Assembly (NCBI GenBank): GCA_041751215.1
Contig: JBGSXW010000005.1
Span: forward strand, 131,664-195,663
Reading direction: 5' to 3'
DNA length: 64,000 bases
DNA from: Candidatus Saccharimonadales bacterium
GTDB taxonomy: Bacteria; Patescibacteriota; Saccharimonadia; Saccharimonadales; JBGSXW01
The notes under the pieces are model-generated. The model ran no database searches. It was not told where the DNA came from and worked only from the letters and a program-made list of their open reading frames with translations. Positions 26,566 to 35,695 of the stretch are shown one piece after another; positions within the stretch are counted from its first letter, which is position 1; every line of letters starts with the position of its first letter. A program made the translations under genes and the position numbers.

Positions 26566-28326
26566 ATGCAACAACAGGAGGTATCTTTGAGTCACTTAAA
26601 TGAACCGCACGGTGGGAAGCTAGTTAACTTAGTCGTTAACGACGACAAAGCCAAGGAGCTTAAGAAGTCAGCTGTTAAATTCAAATCCTGGGATTTAACC
26701 CCACGACAAATTTGTGACGCTGAGATGATAATGTCCGGAGCTTTCTCTCCACTAACCGGTTTTTTAAACCAAGCCGAATACGACAGCGTCTGCAAAGACA
26801 TGCGACTGAGCGACAAAACCCTGTGGCCAATGCCAATAACCCTAGACGTAAACGAAGACTTTGCTAAGTCGATTAAAACCGGCGAAAAAATTGCTCTACG
26901 CGACCAAGAAGGCGTGATCTTAGCAATCCTAGAAGTTGGCGACATTTGGCAGCCAGATAAATCAAAGGAAGCCGAGTTAGTTTTTGGCGACGATGACGAT
27001 GCTCACCCGGCCGTCTCATATCTAAAAAATACGGCCGGAGATTGGTATGTTGGCGGTAAGCTAACTGGCCTAGAACTGCCAACTCACTACGACTTTAACG
27101 AACTTCGTCACACACCAGCTGAACTCCGCGCCCAGTTTGAAAAGATGGGCTGGACTAAAGTTGTGGCTTTTCAGACTCGCAATCCAATGCACCGCGCCCA
27201 CGTTGAACTTACTCAGCGCGCCGCTAAAGCCGTACAGGCTAACCTCGTAATCAACCCAGTTGTCGGAATGACCAAGCCGGGCGATGTCGATCACTTTACG
27301 CGAGTTCGTATTTATCAGAAGTTGCAAAAGCGCTACCCACAATCAACCGCGATGATTTCGTTGTTGCCGTTGGCAATGCGCATGGGCGGTCCACGCGAAG
27401 CAGTCTGGCACGCGATAATTCGCAAAAACCATGGTATTAGCCACTTTATTGTTGGTCGTGATCACGCCGGACCTGGCAAGAACTCAAAAGGCGATGATTT
27501 TTACGGAGCCTACGATGCTCAAGAACTACTAGAGAGCTTTAAAGACGAAATCGGCATTGATGTCGTGCCATTTGAGATGATGGTTTATCTTGAGGATCAA
27601 GACAAATACGTAGCAGAAAGTGAAGTTCCAGCCGGCAAAGAATTTATGTCGATTTCTGGAACCGAGCTTCGAGCTCGCTTAGCCGATGGACGAGAGCTGC
27701 CTGAATGGTTTACCTATCCTGAGGTGGCCGAAGAACTACAAAAAACCCACACCCCACGTTACAAGCGCGGATTTACAGTCTTTTTCACTGGCTTGTCTGG
27801 CTCGGGTAAATCAACGGTTGCCAACGCTTTGATGGTTAAGTTGCTCGAACAAGGCGGCCGTTCAGTAACCATGCTCGACGGTGACCTAGTGCGCAAGCAC
27901 CTCTCAAGTGAGCTCGGATTTTCTAAAGAGCACCGAGCTCTAAACATTCAAAGAATTGGTTACGTTGCTTCTGAAATCGCCAAGCACGGCGGAATTGCGA
28001 TCTGCGCACCGATTGCGCCTTATGACAACATCCGCAAAGAAGTCCGAAATATGGTTAACGAAAACGGTGGCGGATTCATCTTAGCTCACGTTACAACTCC
28101 AATCGAAGAATGCGAAAAGCGCGACCGCAAGGGCCTTTACGCGGCAGCCCGCGCTGGCAAAATCAAAGAGTTTACCGGTGTTTCTGATCCTTACGAAGAG
28201 CCAGCTGACGCCGAAATTAAGCTCGACACCCTCGAATATTCACCAGATGAACTAGCCCAGCAGATTCTTCTCTTTCTTGAAAAAGAAGGCTACTTAAAAG
28301 CTGTCTCCTGGGACGGAGAAGGATAA
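26566..28326 (+). CDS. sat/cysC: bifunctional sulfate adenylyltransferase (ATP sulfurylase) / adenylylsulfate kinase
   Basis: Sulfurylase motifs QTRNPMHRAHVELT and VGRDHAGPG. C-terminal APS kinase with an intact P-loop FFTGLSGSGKSTVANAL. Confidence 0.9.
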   Translation: MQQQEVSLSHLNEPHGGKLVNLVVNDDKAKELKKSAVKFKSWDLTPRQICDAEMIMSGAFSPLTGFLNQAEYDSVCKDMRLSDKTLWPMPITLDVNEDFAKSIKTGEKIALRDQEGVILAILEVGDIWQPDKSKEAELVFGDDDDAHPAVSYLKNTAGDWYVGGKLTGLELPTHYDFNELRHTPAELRAQFEKMGWTKVVAFQTRNPMHRAHVELTQRAAKAVQANLVINPVVGMTKPGDVDHFTRVRIYQKLQKRYPQSTAMISLLPLAMRMGGPREAVWHAIIRKNHGISHFIVGRDHAGPGKNSKGDDFYGAYDAQELLESFKDEIGIDVVPFEMMVYLEDQDKYVAESEVPAGKEFMSISGTELRARLADGRELPEWFTYPEVAEELQKTHTPRYKRGFTVFFTGLSGSGKSTVANALMVKLLEQGGRSVTMLDGDLVRKHLSSELGFSKEHRALNIQRIGYVASEIAKHGGIAICAPIAPYDNIRKEVRNMVNENGGGFILAHVTTPIEECEKRDRKGLYAAARAGKIKEFTGVSDPYEEPADAEIKLDTLEYSPDELAQQILLFLEKEGYLKAVSWDGEG

Positions 28327-28344
28327 GCAAAGGGGACGCCTAGT

Positions 28345-29379
28345 ATGATCGCTGTAATAAACGCGGGCGGATCAGGGTCGCGGCTGTGGCCACTATCAAC
28401 CCCGGAGTATCCAAAGCATCTTCTAAAGATTGGCAATAACGGGCACACGCTGATGCAAATGGCGTACGAGCGGGTTAAGGACTTTGCTGACGATGTCTAT
28501 GTTATTACCGAGCAAGGTCACGCCCATCACGTTACCGACCAGCTGCCGGACTTAGACAAAGATCACGTGATCATTGAGCCGGCTCGTCGCGGTACGGCTT
28601 CTTGCCTGTTAATCGCTCTCGACCATATAGGGGAGCGACACGCTGACGATGAGCCACTGGTGTTCATGCACGCCGATCACGTTATTCACGATGTCGATGG
28701 TTTTTGCAGCACGGTCTCTCATGCGGCTGATGTATCGGTTAGCGAATCCAGCATCGTTTTACTTGGAGTTGAACCGACCTACCCATCAATTGGCTTCGGC
28801 TACATTAAAAAGGGCGAACGAGTTAGTAAGAAAGATGAGCGCGAAGTTTTTGCGGTAAGTCAGTTTAAAGAAAAGCCTGATCGCACCGTGGCAGAAAAGT
28901 ATATTCGAGACGGACGTTATTTATGGAACATGGGCTATTTTGCCGCTCCACTTAAGGTTTTTGTCGACACAATGGAAAGCGATGCGCCCAGTCTTCATAA
29001 GGGTTACCACGCGCTTAAGAACTCTAGCGATAAAAAGGCGGCTTATTTAGGTCTCGACGATGACGCCATCGACTATGCACTGATTGAAAAGGCTCAAAAA
29101 TTATTGGTGGTGCCCGGAACCTTTGACTGGATGGACGTTGGAAACTTTCAGGATCTTCACACCGTGGCCAAGCATGACGACGACGGCAATGCAGTTAGTG
29201 GAAAGTTCGCAACCGAACAAGTCACCAACAGTTACTTGCACAATGATACCGATCAAAACGTAGCCGTAATTGGCCTAGACAACGTAGCCGTCGTTATGAC
29301 CGAACATGGTTTAGTCGTTACAAACCGAAACCATGCTCATAAAGTTGGCGACGTTAGCAAAAAACTCGGCAAGACTTAG
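28345..29379 (+). CDS. manC: mannose-1-phosphate guanylyltransferase
   Basis: N-terminal INAGGSGSRLWPLS nucleotidyltransferase motif. 344 aa with no cupin/PMI domain. Confidence 0.75.
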   Translation: MIAVINAGGSGSRLWPLSTPEYPKHLLKIGNNGHTLMQMAYERVKDFADDVYVITEQGHAHHVTDQLPDLDKDHVIIEPARRGTASCLLIALDHIGERHADDEPLVFMHADHVIHDVDGFCSTVSHAADVSVSESSIVLLGVEPTYPSIGFGYIKKGERVSKKDEREVFAVSQFKEKPDRTVAEKYIRDGRYLWNMGYFAAPLKVFVDTMESDAPSLHKGYHALKNSSDKKAAYLGLDDDAIDYALIEKAQKLLVVPGTFDWMDVGNFQDLHTVAKHDDDGNAVSGKFATEQVTNSYLHNDTDQNVAVIGLDNVAVVMTEHGLVVTNRNHAHKVGDVSKKLGKT

Positions 29380-29505
29380 AGTGTAGTTGCTGCAAACTAA
29401 TTTCTCAGAATGTTCTAATTAAAAATCGACTATTATCGTCCTTGGGGGCATAAATCCCCTGGGAGGATGGGGTCTGGCCAAAGGCCTAAGATAGTAGGCC
29501 TCCAA

Positions 29506-30231
29506 TTACTGTCTAATTATTGCAAGTGGCTTATTGCGGATAACGTCGTTACCGGGGCCACCAATCATAACGTCGTAAGCACCGTAGTTACCACCATAAC
29601 TCCTGTTTGTATCTCCGCCCTTTAGTATGTCGTTACCGACGTTGCCGGCTATAATGTCGGAACCGTAACCACCGGTTAGCCTATCATTTCCGCGACCGCC
29701 ATGAATTGTTAAAGGGGACCAAGATTGCGAACCGTTAATTACGTCATCTCCTGGCCCACCATAGGCGTACGTGTGGTGTCCTCTGACCCCCCACTCTCCG
29801 GGCTTGATGTTGTCGTCTCCACTGCCACCCGACAAAACATCGTTTCCTCCTTGCCCGTGTATTACGTCATCACCGCTTCCACCGTAGATTTTGTCGTTAT
29901 CGTAAGAATGGTAAGTACCGCCCCAAGGTTCGAGTTGGCCATAGATCCTATCGTTTCCTCCTCGCCCATAAACAATGTCATCGTCACCTCGAGCAACGAT
30001 TAGGTTGTCGCCGTGTCCCGCACAAATGAAGTCACGTCCGGCAGTGCCGTTTATGCGCGAAGCATTACTAACTATTACGTTGTAACCACTTGGAGCTGTC
30101 CCGCATTCTGTTGCTATGCCAGCTTCAGCTTTCGGCAATCTACCTGCTACAGCAAGTGTAATTAGAGAACACACAACCGCTGTAAACACTATAGTAACTT
30201 TACCATTCACACTACTCGAAGAGCTGTTCAT
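29506..30231 (-). CDS. secreted protein with hemolysin-type (RTX-like) calcium-binding GGxGxD repeats
   Basis: N-terminal hydrophobic signal (VTIVFTAVVCSLITLAVAG...AEA), then repeated GGSGDDVIHGQGGNDVLSGGSGDD / GGPGDDVINGS / GGRGNDRLTGGYGSD. Confidence 0.6.
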   Translation of the reverse strand: MNSSSSSVNGKVTIVFTAVVCSLITLAVAGRLPKAEAGIATECGTAPSGYNVIVSNASRINGTAGRDFICAGHGDNLIVARGDDDIVYGRGGNDRIYGQLEPWGGTYHSYDNDKIYGGSGDDVIHGQGGNDVLSGGSGDDNIKPGEWGVRGHHTYAYGGPGDDVINGSQSWSPLTIHGGRGNDRLTGGYGSDIIAGNVGNDILKGGDTNRSYGGNYGAYDVMIGGPGNDVIRNKPLAIIRQ

Positions 30232-30256
30232 TATAAATCTCTATTAGGATGTAGAA

Positions 30257-30285
30257 ATAATGTGCTTATGGCAACCTAATGTCAA
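30257..30285 (-). promoter_or_regulatory. sigma70-like promoter for the RTX-like gene
   Basis: On the minus strand: TTGACA (30285-30280), a 17-nt spacer, then CATTAT (30262-30257), about 25 nt upstream of the ATG at 30231. Confidence 0.35.
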
Positions 30286-30293
30286 CATAACTT

Positions 30294-31721
30294 TTAGTCA
30301 AACGCCTCGACATTAACGCTAATATCAGACTTAAAGTCGATTTCTGAGTACTCATGAAGCAAGTCCGAGATGTAGTGCTTAAGTGAGTCGTACGCCTCTT
30401 GAGTCTTGGCTTCAAACTTAATAGTTAAGTACGGTCCATTCTGCGAGTAGCGAACCACAAACATTGCCGAAGGTAATTCTAGGCGAAGTCCGTCGCCCGC
30501 TCGCTCATCGTCAATAACTTCAGCGTCGGGATATTCGGCTCGCAGTTTTGGTGCCAGCTTCTCGATTATTGCGACTTTTTCGTCATCGGCACAAAAAACT
30601 TTAATTTCCGGGCTCGAAATGTATTGCGGCAAGGCAGCCACAGCTTCCGAAAGCGTTTGATCGGTGCGCGATAAGTACTGCAATAAACGGAGCGTAGAGT
30701 AGAGACCGTCGTCGTGATTATGAAAATCTTTTGAAAAGAAGAAGTGACCAGATAACTCGCCGATGAATGCACCTTTGACTTCTTGGTTCTTCTTTTTTAA
30801 GAAAGAGTGGCCGGTTCGCCACATAAATGGCTTGCCGCCTTCTTTATCGATGGTTTCGGGCACAGCTTTTGAACACAGAGTGTTGTACATAATTGTTGCG
30901 CCGGGATGATCCTTAAGAACATCACTAGCAAACATAGCAACCAACACATCGTTCCAAATGATACCGCCCTTTTCGTCTACCACACCAATGCGGTCGCCGT
31001 CGGCATCGTAGGTAAAGCCCAAGTCGGCCTTAGCTTCTAGAACCTCGTTGGCCACGCGCTGTGCGACCTTAGACTCGGTAGGATCGGCAGTGCCCAGAGG
31101 AAAGGTCGGATCAATTTCGGTATTGTATTCAACCACGTCGCAACCAGCGGCGCGCAGAAGATCAGGCGCTAGAGCGCCAGCAGTTGCACAGCTTGGGTCA
31201 ACCACAACTCTAAACTTTTTTGTTACCTTTAGGCGGCCAAGCAAGTCGTCAAAGTAAACCTGGCGGATGTCTTCTTCTTTGATGTTGCCGGGTTTTTCGC
31301 CTTGTTCGTAGTCTTCTTCTTCGACTAGACGACGCAACTCAACCATTCCGTCGGTTACCATGGTTTCAGAATATCCGTTGGCAAACTTGAAGCCGTTGTA
31401 CTGAGGCGGATTGTGCGAGGCACTAACATAAGCTCCACCTGGTCGCTTTAAGTGATACTGTGACCAATAAAAAGTCCCGACTAGCGTCATGCCAATATCA
31501 ACCACGTCGATTCCAGCCCAACTGAGGCCTTGAATTAAGTGCTTAGAGTACTCTGGGCCAGTGGCGCGAGAGTCGCGGCCAACCACAGCTTCAGTTATGC
31601 CGTTTCGTTTTAGATAAGTTCCAAAGGCTTTGCCCAAATGCTCAGCCAGTTCAGGGCTAAGCTCTTTGTCGACTAGGCCACGCAGGTCGTAACCGCGAAA
31701 TATGTGAGGGCTGACTTTCAT
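30294..31721 (-). CDS. manB: phosphomannomutase/phosphoglucomutase
   Basis: Active-site loop SASHNPPQYNGFK and metal loop TYDADGDRIG. Confidence 0.85.
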   Translation of the reverse strand: MKVSPHIFRGYDLRGLVDKELSPELAEHLGKAFGTYLKRNGITEAVVGRDSRATGPEYSKHLIQGLSWAGIDVVDIGMTLVGTFYWSQYHLKRPGGAYVSASHNPPQYNGFKFANGYSETMVTDGMVELRRLVEEEDYEQGEKPGNIKEEDIRQVYFDDLLGRLKVTKKFRVVVDPSCATAGALAPDLLRAAGCDVVEYNTEIDPTFPLGTADPTESKVAQRVANEVLEAKADLGFTYDADGDRIGVVDEKGGIIWNDVLVAMFASDVLKDHPGATIMYNTLCSKAVPETIDKEGGKPFMWRTGHSFLKKKNQEVKGAFIGELSGHFFFSKDFHNHDDGLYSTLRLLQYLSRTDQTLSEAVAALPQYISSPEIKVFCADDEKVAIIEKLAPKLRAEYPDAEVIDDERAGDGLRLELPSAMFVVRYSQNGPYLTIKFEAKTQEAYDSLKHYISDLLHEYSEIDFKSDISVNVEAFD

Positions 31722-32860
31722 TATTTCTCCTTGATTTTTACTTCTTTAACTTCGGCACCTAGGCGTTTTAGGAAGAGGGATAATTCATTAGCAAATCGCT
31801 CGTACCTAAAACCTTGAGCGTGCTCTACTAAGGTATCGGTATCAAAATCGTTATGATCAAAGTGCTTCAGTACCTCCATGAGTGATTCGGGAGATTGTTC
31901 ACTAAAGAACTGACCGGTTCGATCTTCTACTACCGTATCACGTGCTCCGCCCTGTCCGTAGGCAATGACCGGGCAGCCACCCGCCATAGCTTCAACTGGA
32001 ATGATGCCAAAATCTTCTTCCGATGGAAATATTAAGGCTTCGGCGCGGTGGATGTAGGCGGGTAGTTCTTTATCGCTGGCTTTTGCAAAAGTTATGGTTG
32101 GACCCGCCATTGCCTTGAGGTTTTCGTGCTCGCTGCCATCGCCAATTACAGTTAACTTAAGTCCTAGTTCAGAGCAGGCCTTAACGGCGAGATCAATTTT
32201 TTTATAAGGAACCTGCCTGCCAACTACAATAAAACCTTCGCGTTCTGGCGCTTTGGCCGGAAGCTTAAAACGCTCAACATCGACCGGCGGATGGATGACG
32301 GTTGACTCTCGCTTGTAGTACTTCTTGATTCTTTCCTCAACTACGCTTGAATTGGCAATAAAATGTCCAACTTTTTGAGCCTCTCGGAAATCAACTCGTT
32401 TTAAAACCCCAACTACCAGTGGTAACACTAAGCGCACCAGAGGATTTAAAAACCCAAACCCTGGATCGCGTTTGTACTGATCGTAATGGCTCCAGTAGTA
32501 ACGAATTGGCGTGTTGCAGTAGCAAACATGCAGTGCGCCTTGTCGAACACGAATATCTTTAGCCTCGGCCGTGGTCGAGCTGATAACTAAGTCGAAGTCT
32601 TTTAGGTCTAAGCTCCTAAACGCTAGCGGCCGCAATAGCGCAAACAACTGATGACGGTTTTTAAAAGGAAAGTATTGCAACCAGGTGGTTTTGACATCTA
32701 AACCTTTAAATTCTGGCATAGTTTCTGGCGTATGAACCGACGTATAAATGGGTGCGTCTGGAAACATTTTGTGCAGATCCAGCACAACCCGCTCAGCCCC
32801 TCCCATATTGGTCAGCCAATCATGAACGATTGCAACGCGCACGATAGGTTTACTCTGCAC
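31721..32860 (-). CDS. glycosyltransferase family 4
   Basis: GT-B architecture with C-terminal PSEEDFGIIPVEAMAGGCPVIA. Confidence 0.75.
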   Translation of the reverse strand: MQSKPIVRVAIVHDWLTNMGGAERVVLDLHKMFPDAPIYTSVHTPETMPEFKGLDVKTTWLQYFPFKNRHQLFALLRPLAFRSLDLKDFDLVISSTTAEAKDIRVRQGALHVCYCNTPIRYYWSHYDQYKRDPGFGFLNPLVRLVLPLVVGVLKRVDFREAQKVGHFIANSSVVEERIKKYYKRESTVIHPPVDVERFKLPAKAPEREGFIVVGRQVPYKKIDLAVKACSELGLKLTVIGDGSEHENLKAMAGPTITFAKASDKELPAYIHRAEALIFPSEEDFGIIPVEAMAGGCPVIAYGQGGARDTVVEDRTGQFFSEQSPESLMEVLKHFDHNDFDTDTLVEHAQGFRYERFANELSLFLKRLGAEVKEVKIKEK

Positions 32861-34322
32861 CTTTCTTGAACAAGACCACCGTAATAGTTCTGAGCACGAT
32901 TCTAATGTCTAGCCAAAAGCTCCAGTTCTGGACGTAGTAAAGATCGAGCCGAACTCGTTCTTCGTAGCTAAGGTCGCTGCGGCCAGACACTTGCCATAAT
33001 CCAGTCAGTCCGGACTTAACGCTTAGCACTAGGTTTGCACCGCCCTGTTCTTTGTAGTGGGCAAGTTCTTCCTCGACAACTGGCCTTGGCCCGACAACAC
33101 TTAAATCTCCGTGCAAAATATTAACGAGCTGGGGCAACTCATCTAAGCTAGTTGCACGCATAAACTTACCAATTGGCATAATGCGCGGATCGTTTTTTAC
33201 TTTTTGAGTGCGTTTAAATTCGTCAATTAGATCCTCGCGGCCCATTGCCCTAAATACATCTTCATCACTTTGTCCGCTGGCTTTGCTGCCGGTTGAGTAC
33301 TTCCAGTACATGCTACGCATCTTAACCGCGTAAAACGGCGTCCCAAAGCGAGTTAGGCGCTTGTGTCGGTAGAATACCGGTCCCTTAGGGTCGGTGATTT
33401 TAATAATCAGGCCAAAGATTGCAATGATTGGAACCGCCACAATAAGACCCAAAAAGGATCCAACTACATCAAATAAGCGCTTAACGATTCGGCCCCAGCC
33501 AATTAGCGGCGTTTCGTGCACCGAGATGATTGGGAAGCCATGAAACAGCTCGATGGTATTTTTGCCGGCGTAAAACTCATCTTGACCAGGTATAAATTTG
33601 TAAGCTAAATGTCCGGTTCGAGCAGCGCTCAAGACTCGTTCGTTTTTGCTCTGAACTTCGTAAAGACTAGTCTGAATAATAGTGTCGACTCCGAGTTTAG
33701 GTATGGCGGCCAGGGCTTCGGTTAAATCAGAATAGTGTTTGCCGGCAAAGTTTGCTGGCACGTTATCTTTGCTGGCTACGATTGCGGCAATGTTGTAGCC
33801 GCTGGTCCGAGTTTCAGACAAAGTACTAGCCAGGCTGCGCGTAGCATGAGTGCTACCAACGAGCATTACGGTCCTTACGCCGCGCCCGTATCTAAACATT
33901 CGCTTTCGTATTAGCCACATGGTGTTGCGCTCGAGCGCTAACAGCAAGAAGCTACCGACTAAGGCATATACCGCAACCAATCTAGCCGGAAAGATCTCGT
34001 CACCCCTAACAAAATCAACTCCGATTACCAGCAAGATTCCAATTAATGACCCAGCCGCTAAACGAGCTAGTTCTGAGAGGCGTTTCTCGAAAACTTCTTG
34101 TTTGTAGAGTCCGAGCATGGCGTGTACGAGCAGCCAAACCGGAACGATCCAAAGAATCATTTCAATGAACTCAACAGCAGGCACTTGGTTTATAAGCGGG
34201 CGGTTGTCGAATTTAACGCGCAGCGTATAGGCAACGGTGAATGCTGCGAGTAAAGCCACGAAGTCCGCGACGATGAGAAAAAATGCATAAAACATAAACA
34301 AATTTCGTATGTTAGTTATCAA
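32850..34322 (-). CDS. polyprenyl-phosphate sugar-phosphate transferase (WbaP-like initiating enzyme)
   Basis: N-terminal TM bundle plus the C-terminal bacterial sugar transferase domain (LDELPQLVNILHGDLSVVGPRP). Confidence 0.85.
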   Translation of the reverse strand: MITNIRNLFMFYAFFLIVADFVALLAAFTVAYTLRVKFDNRPLINQVPAVEFIEMILWIVPVWLLVHAMLGLYKQEVFEKRLSELARLAAGSLIGILLVIGVDFVRGDEIFPARLVAVYALVGSFLLLALERNTMWLIRKRMFRYGRGVRTVMLVGSTHATRSLASTLSETRTSGYNIAAIVASKDNVPANFAGKHYSDLTEALAAIPKLGVDTIIQTSLYEVQSKNERVLSAARTGHLAYKFIPGQDEFYAGKNTIELFHGFPIISVHETPLIGWGRIVKRLFDVVGSFLGLIVAVPIIAIFGLIIKITDPKGPVFYRHKRLTRFGTPFYAVKMRSMYWKYSTGSKASGQSDEDVFRAMGREDLIDEFKRTQKVKNDPRIMPIGKFMRATSLDELPQLVNILHGDLSVVGPRPVVEEELAHYKEQGGANLVLSVKSGLTGLWQVSGRSDLSYEERVRLDLYYVQNWSFWLDIRIVLRTITVVLFKKGAE

Positions 34323-34363
34323 ATTAGATCACTAACATCTGGAAAGTATTGTACCATTGAGAC

Positions 34364-35695
34364 ATGCAAATTCTCAGTCAGAAACGGCGATCAGACATAA
34401 GGCAAAGGCCTCTAGATTACGTTTTACTGGGAGCTTTCTTGTTTATTTTAGCCGTGCTGCCTTTTCATGCAGTTTTAACTAACTGGGCAGCTAGCAATTT
34501 TGGCGCCGAGCTACTGATTAAAGCCTGGAAAGAGTTAATACTTTTAATTAGCTTGCCATTACTGGTCATTGTTTTAGTGCGAGACAAGCCCTTAACTCGC
34601 AAACTGGTTAGTCGCGCAGTTAACAAGCTGATTATTGCCTTTGTGTTTCTGCACCTTGTTATCTACTTTTGGCAGACTCCCGATCCCGAAGCGGCCTTAG
34701 CCGGCTTTGCGTTTAACCTAAGATTCTTAGCTATGTTTTGCTTAGCACAGGTGTTAATAGAGAAGTTTAGGCCGGCCCGCCTACGCGCTACATCGCTGGC
34801 TACAGTGTTGATCTGCGCTTCGGTTGTCGCCGTATTTGGAGCGTTGCAAGTGTTTGTGCTGCCAAACGATATTCTTACTCACGTTGGCTACGGTTTTGAG
34901 CGCGGTGAGGTCAGGCCGTACATGACTATCGATGAAAACCCGGACTACGTTCGAATTAACTCGACACTTCGCGGGCCAAACCCGCTAGGAGCCTACATGG
35001 CGGCCATGCTTCTATTGGGCGCTGGATATCTTTTAGCGCGCAAGCAAAAAGTCGAGTGGTGGCACGTGGCTTTAGCTGCTGCTGGGTTTATTACGCTCTG
35101 GGCAAGTTACTCCAGAAGTGCGGCGGTTGGGCTGATTATAGGTGGATTTTTCTGTTTTACGGCCTGGGGCTTGGGGCGGGCAAGTTGGCGTCCTTGGGTG
35201 ATTCGGGGCTTCATTCTTGGCATATTGTTGATGCCAGTCGCATTTTTGGCTATCAAAGACACCAGCTTTTATGATCATGTAATACTTCATAACAATCGAC
35301 AGGACGGTCGGCCGAAAGATTCCAACTCGGTTCGGATTGATGCTTACACAACCAATCTAACCATCTTAAGAGACCGGCCATTTGGCCAGGGTCCGGGCAC
35401 TGCCGGCACAGCCTCGTTTCATAACAAACAGCAAACCCAGATTGCTGAAAATCACTACATTCAGATTGCACAAGAAGTTGGACTATTTGGGTTGGCAGTT
35501 TTTCTAGGAATTATTTCAGTTGTTGGCTGGATGCTGTGGCAAGGTCGCAGTGACCCAGTTCAACTCGGGCTACTAGGAGGATTGATCGCTACCTCAGTTG
35601 TGAGTCTATTCTTACATGGCTGGCAAGACGAGACACTAGCTATGACTTGGTGGGCCCTGGCTGGACTCTATGTTAAGGACTCGTTCCGTGACTGA
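34364..35695 (+). CDS. O-antigen ligase/polymerase-like (Wzy_C) polytopic membrane protein
   Basis: At least 10 predicted TM segments and a WASYSRSA motif in the loop region typical of the O-antigen ligase family. Confidence 0.6.
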   Translation: MQILSQKRRSDIRQRPLDYVLLGAFLFILAVLPFHAVLTNWAASNFGAELLIKAWKELILLISLPLLVIVLVRDKPLTRKLVSRAVNKLIIAFVFLHLVIYFWQTPDPEAALAGFAFNLRFLAMFCLAQVLIEKFRPARLRATSLATVLICASVVAVFGALQVFVLPNDILTHVGYGFERGEVRPYMTIDENPDYVRINSTLRGPNPLGAYMAAMLLLGAGYLLARKQKVEWWHVALAAAGFITLWASYSRSAAVGLIIGGFFCFTAWGLGRASWRPWVIRGFILGILLMPVAFLAIKDTSFYDHVILHNNRQDGRPKDSNSVRIDAYTTNLTILRDRPFGQGPGTAGTASFHNKQQTQIAENHYIQIAQEVGLFGLAVFLGIISVVGWMLWQGRSDPVQLGLLGGLIATSVVSLFLHGWQDETLAMTWWALAGLYVKDSFRD

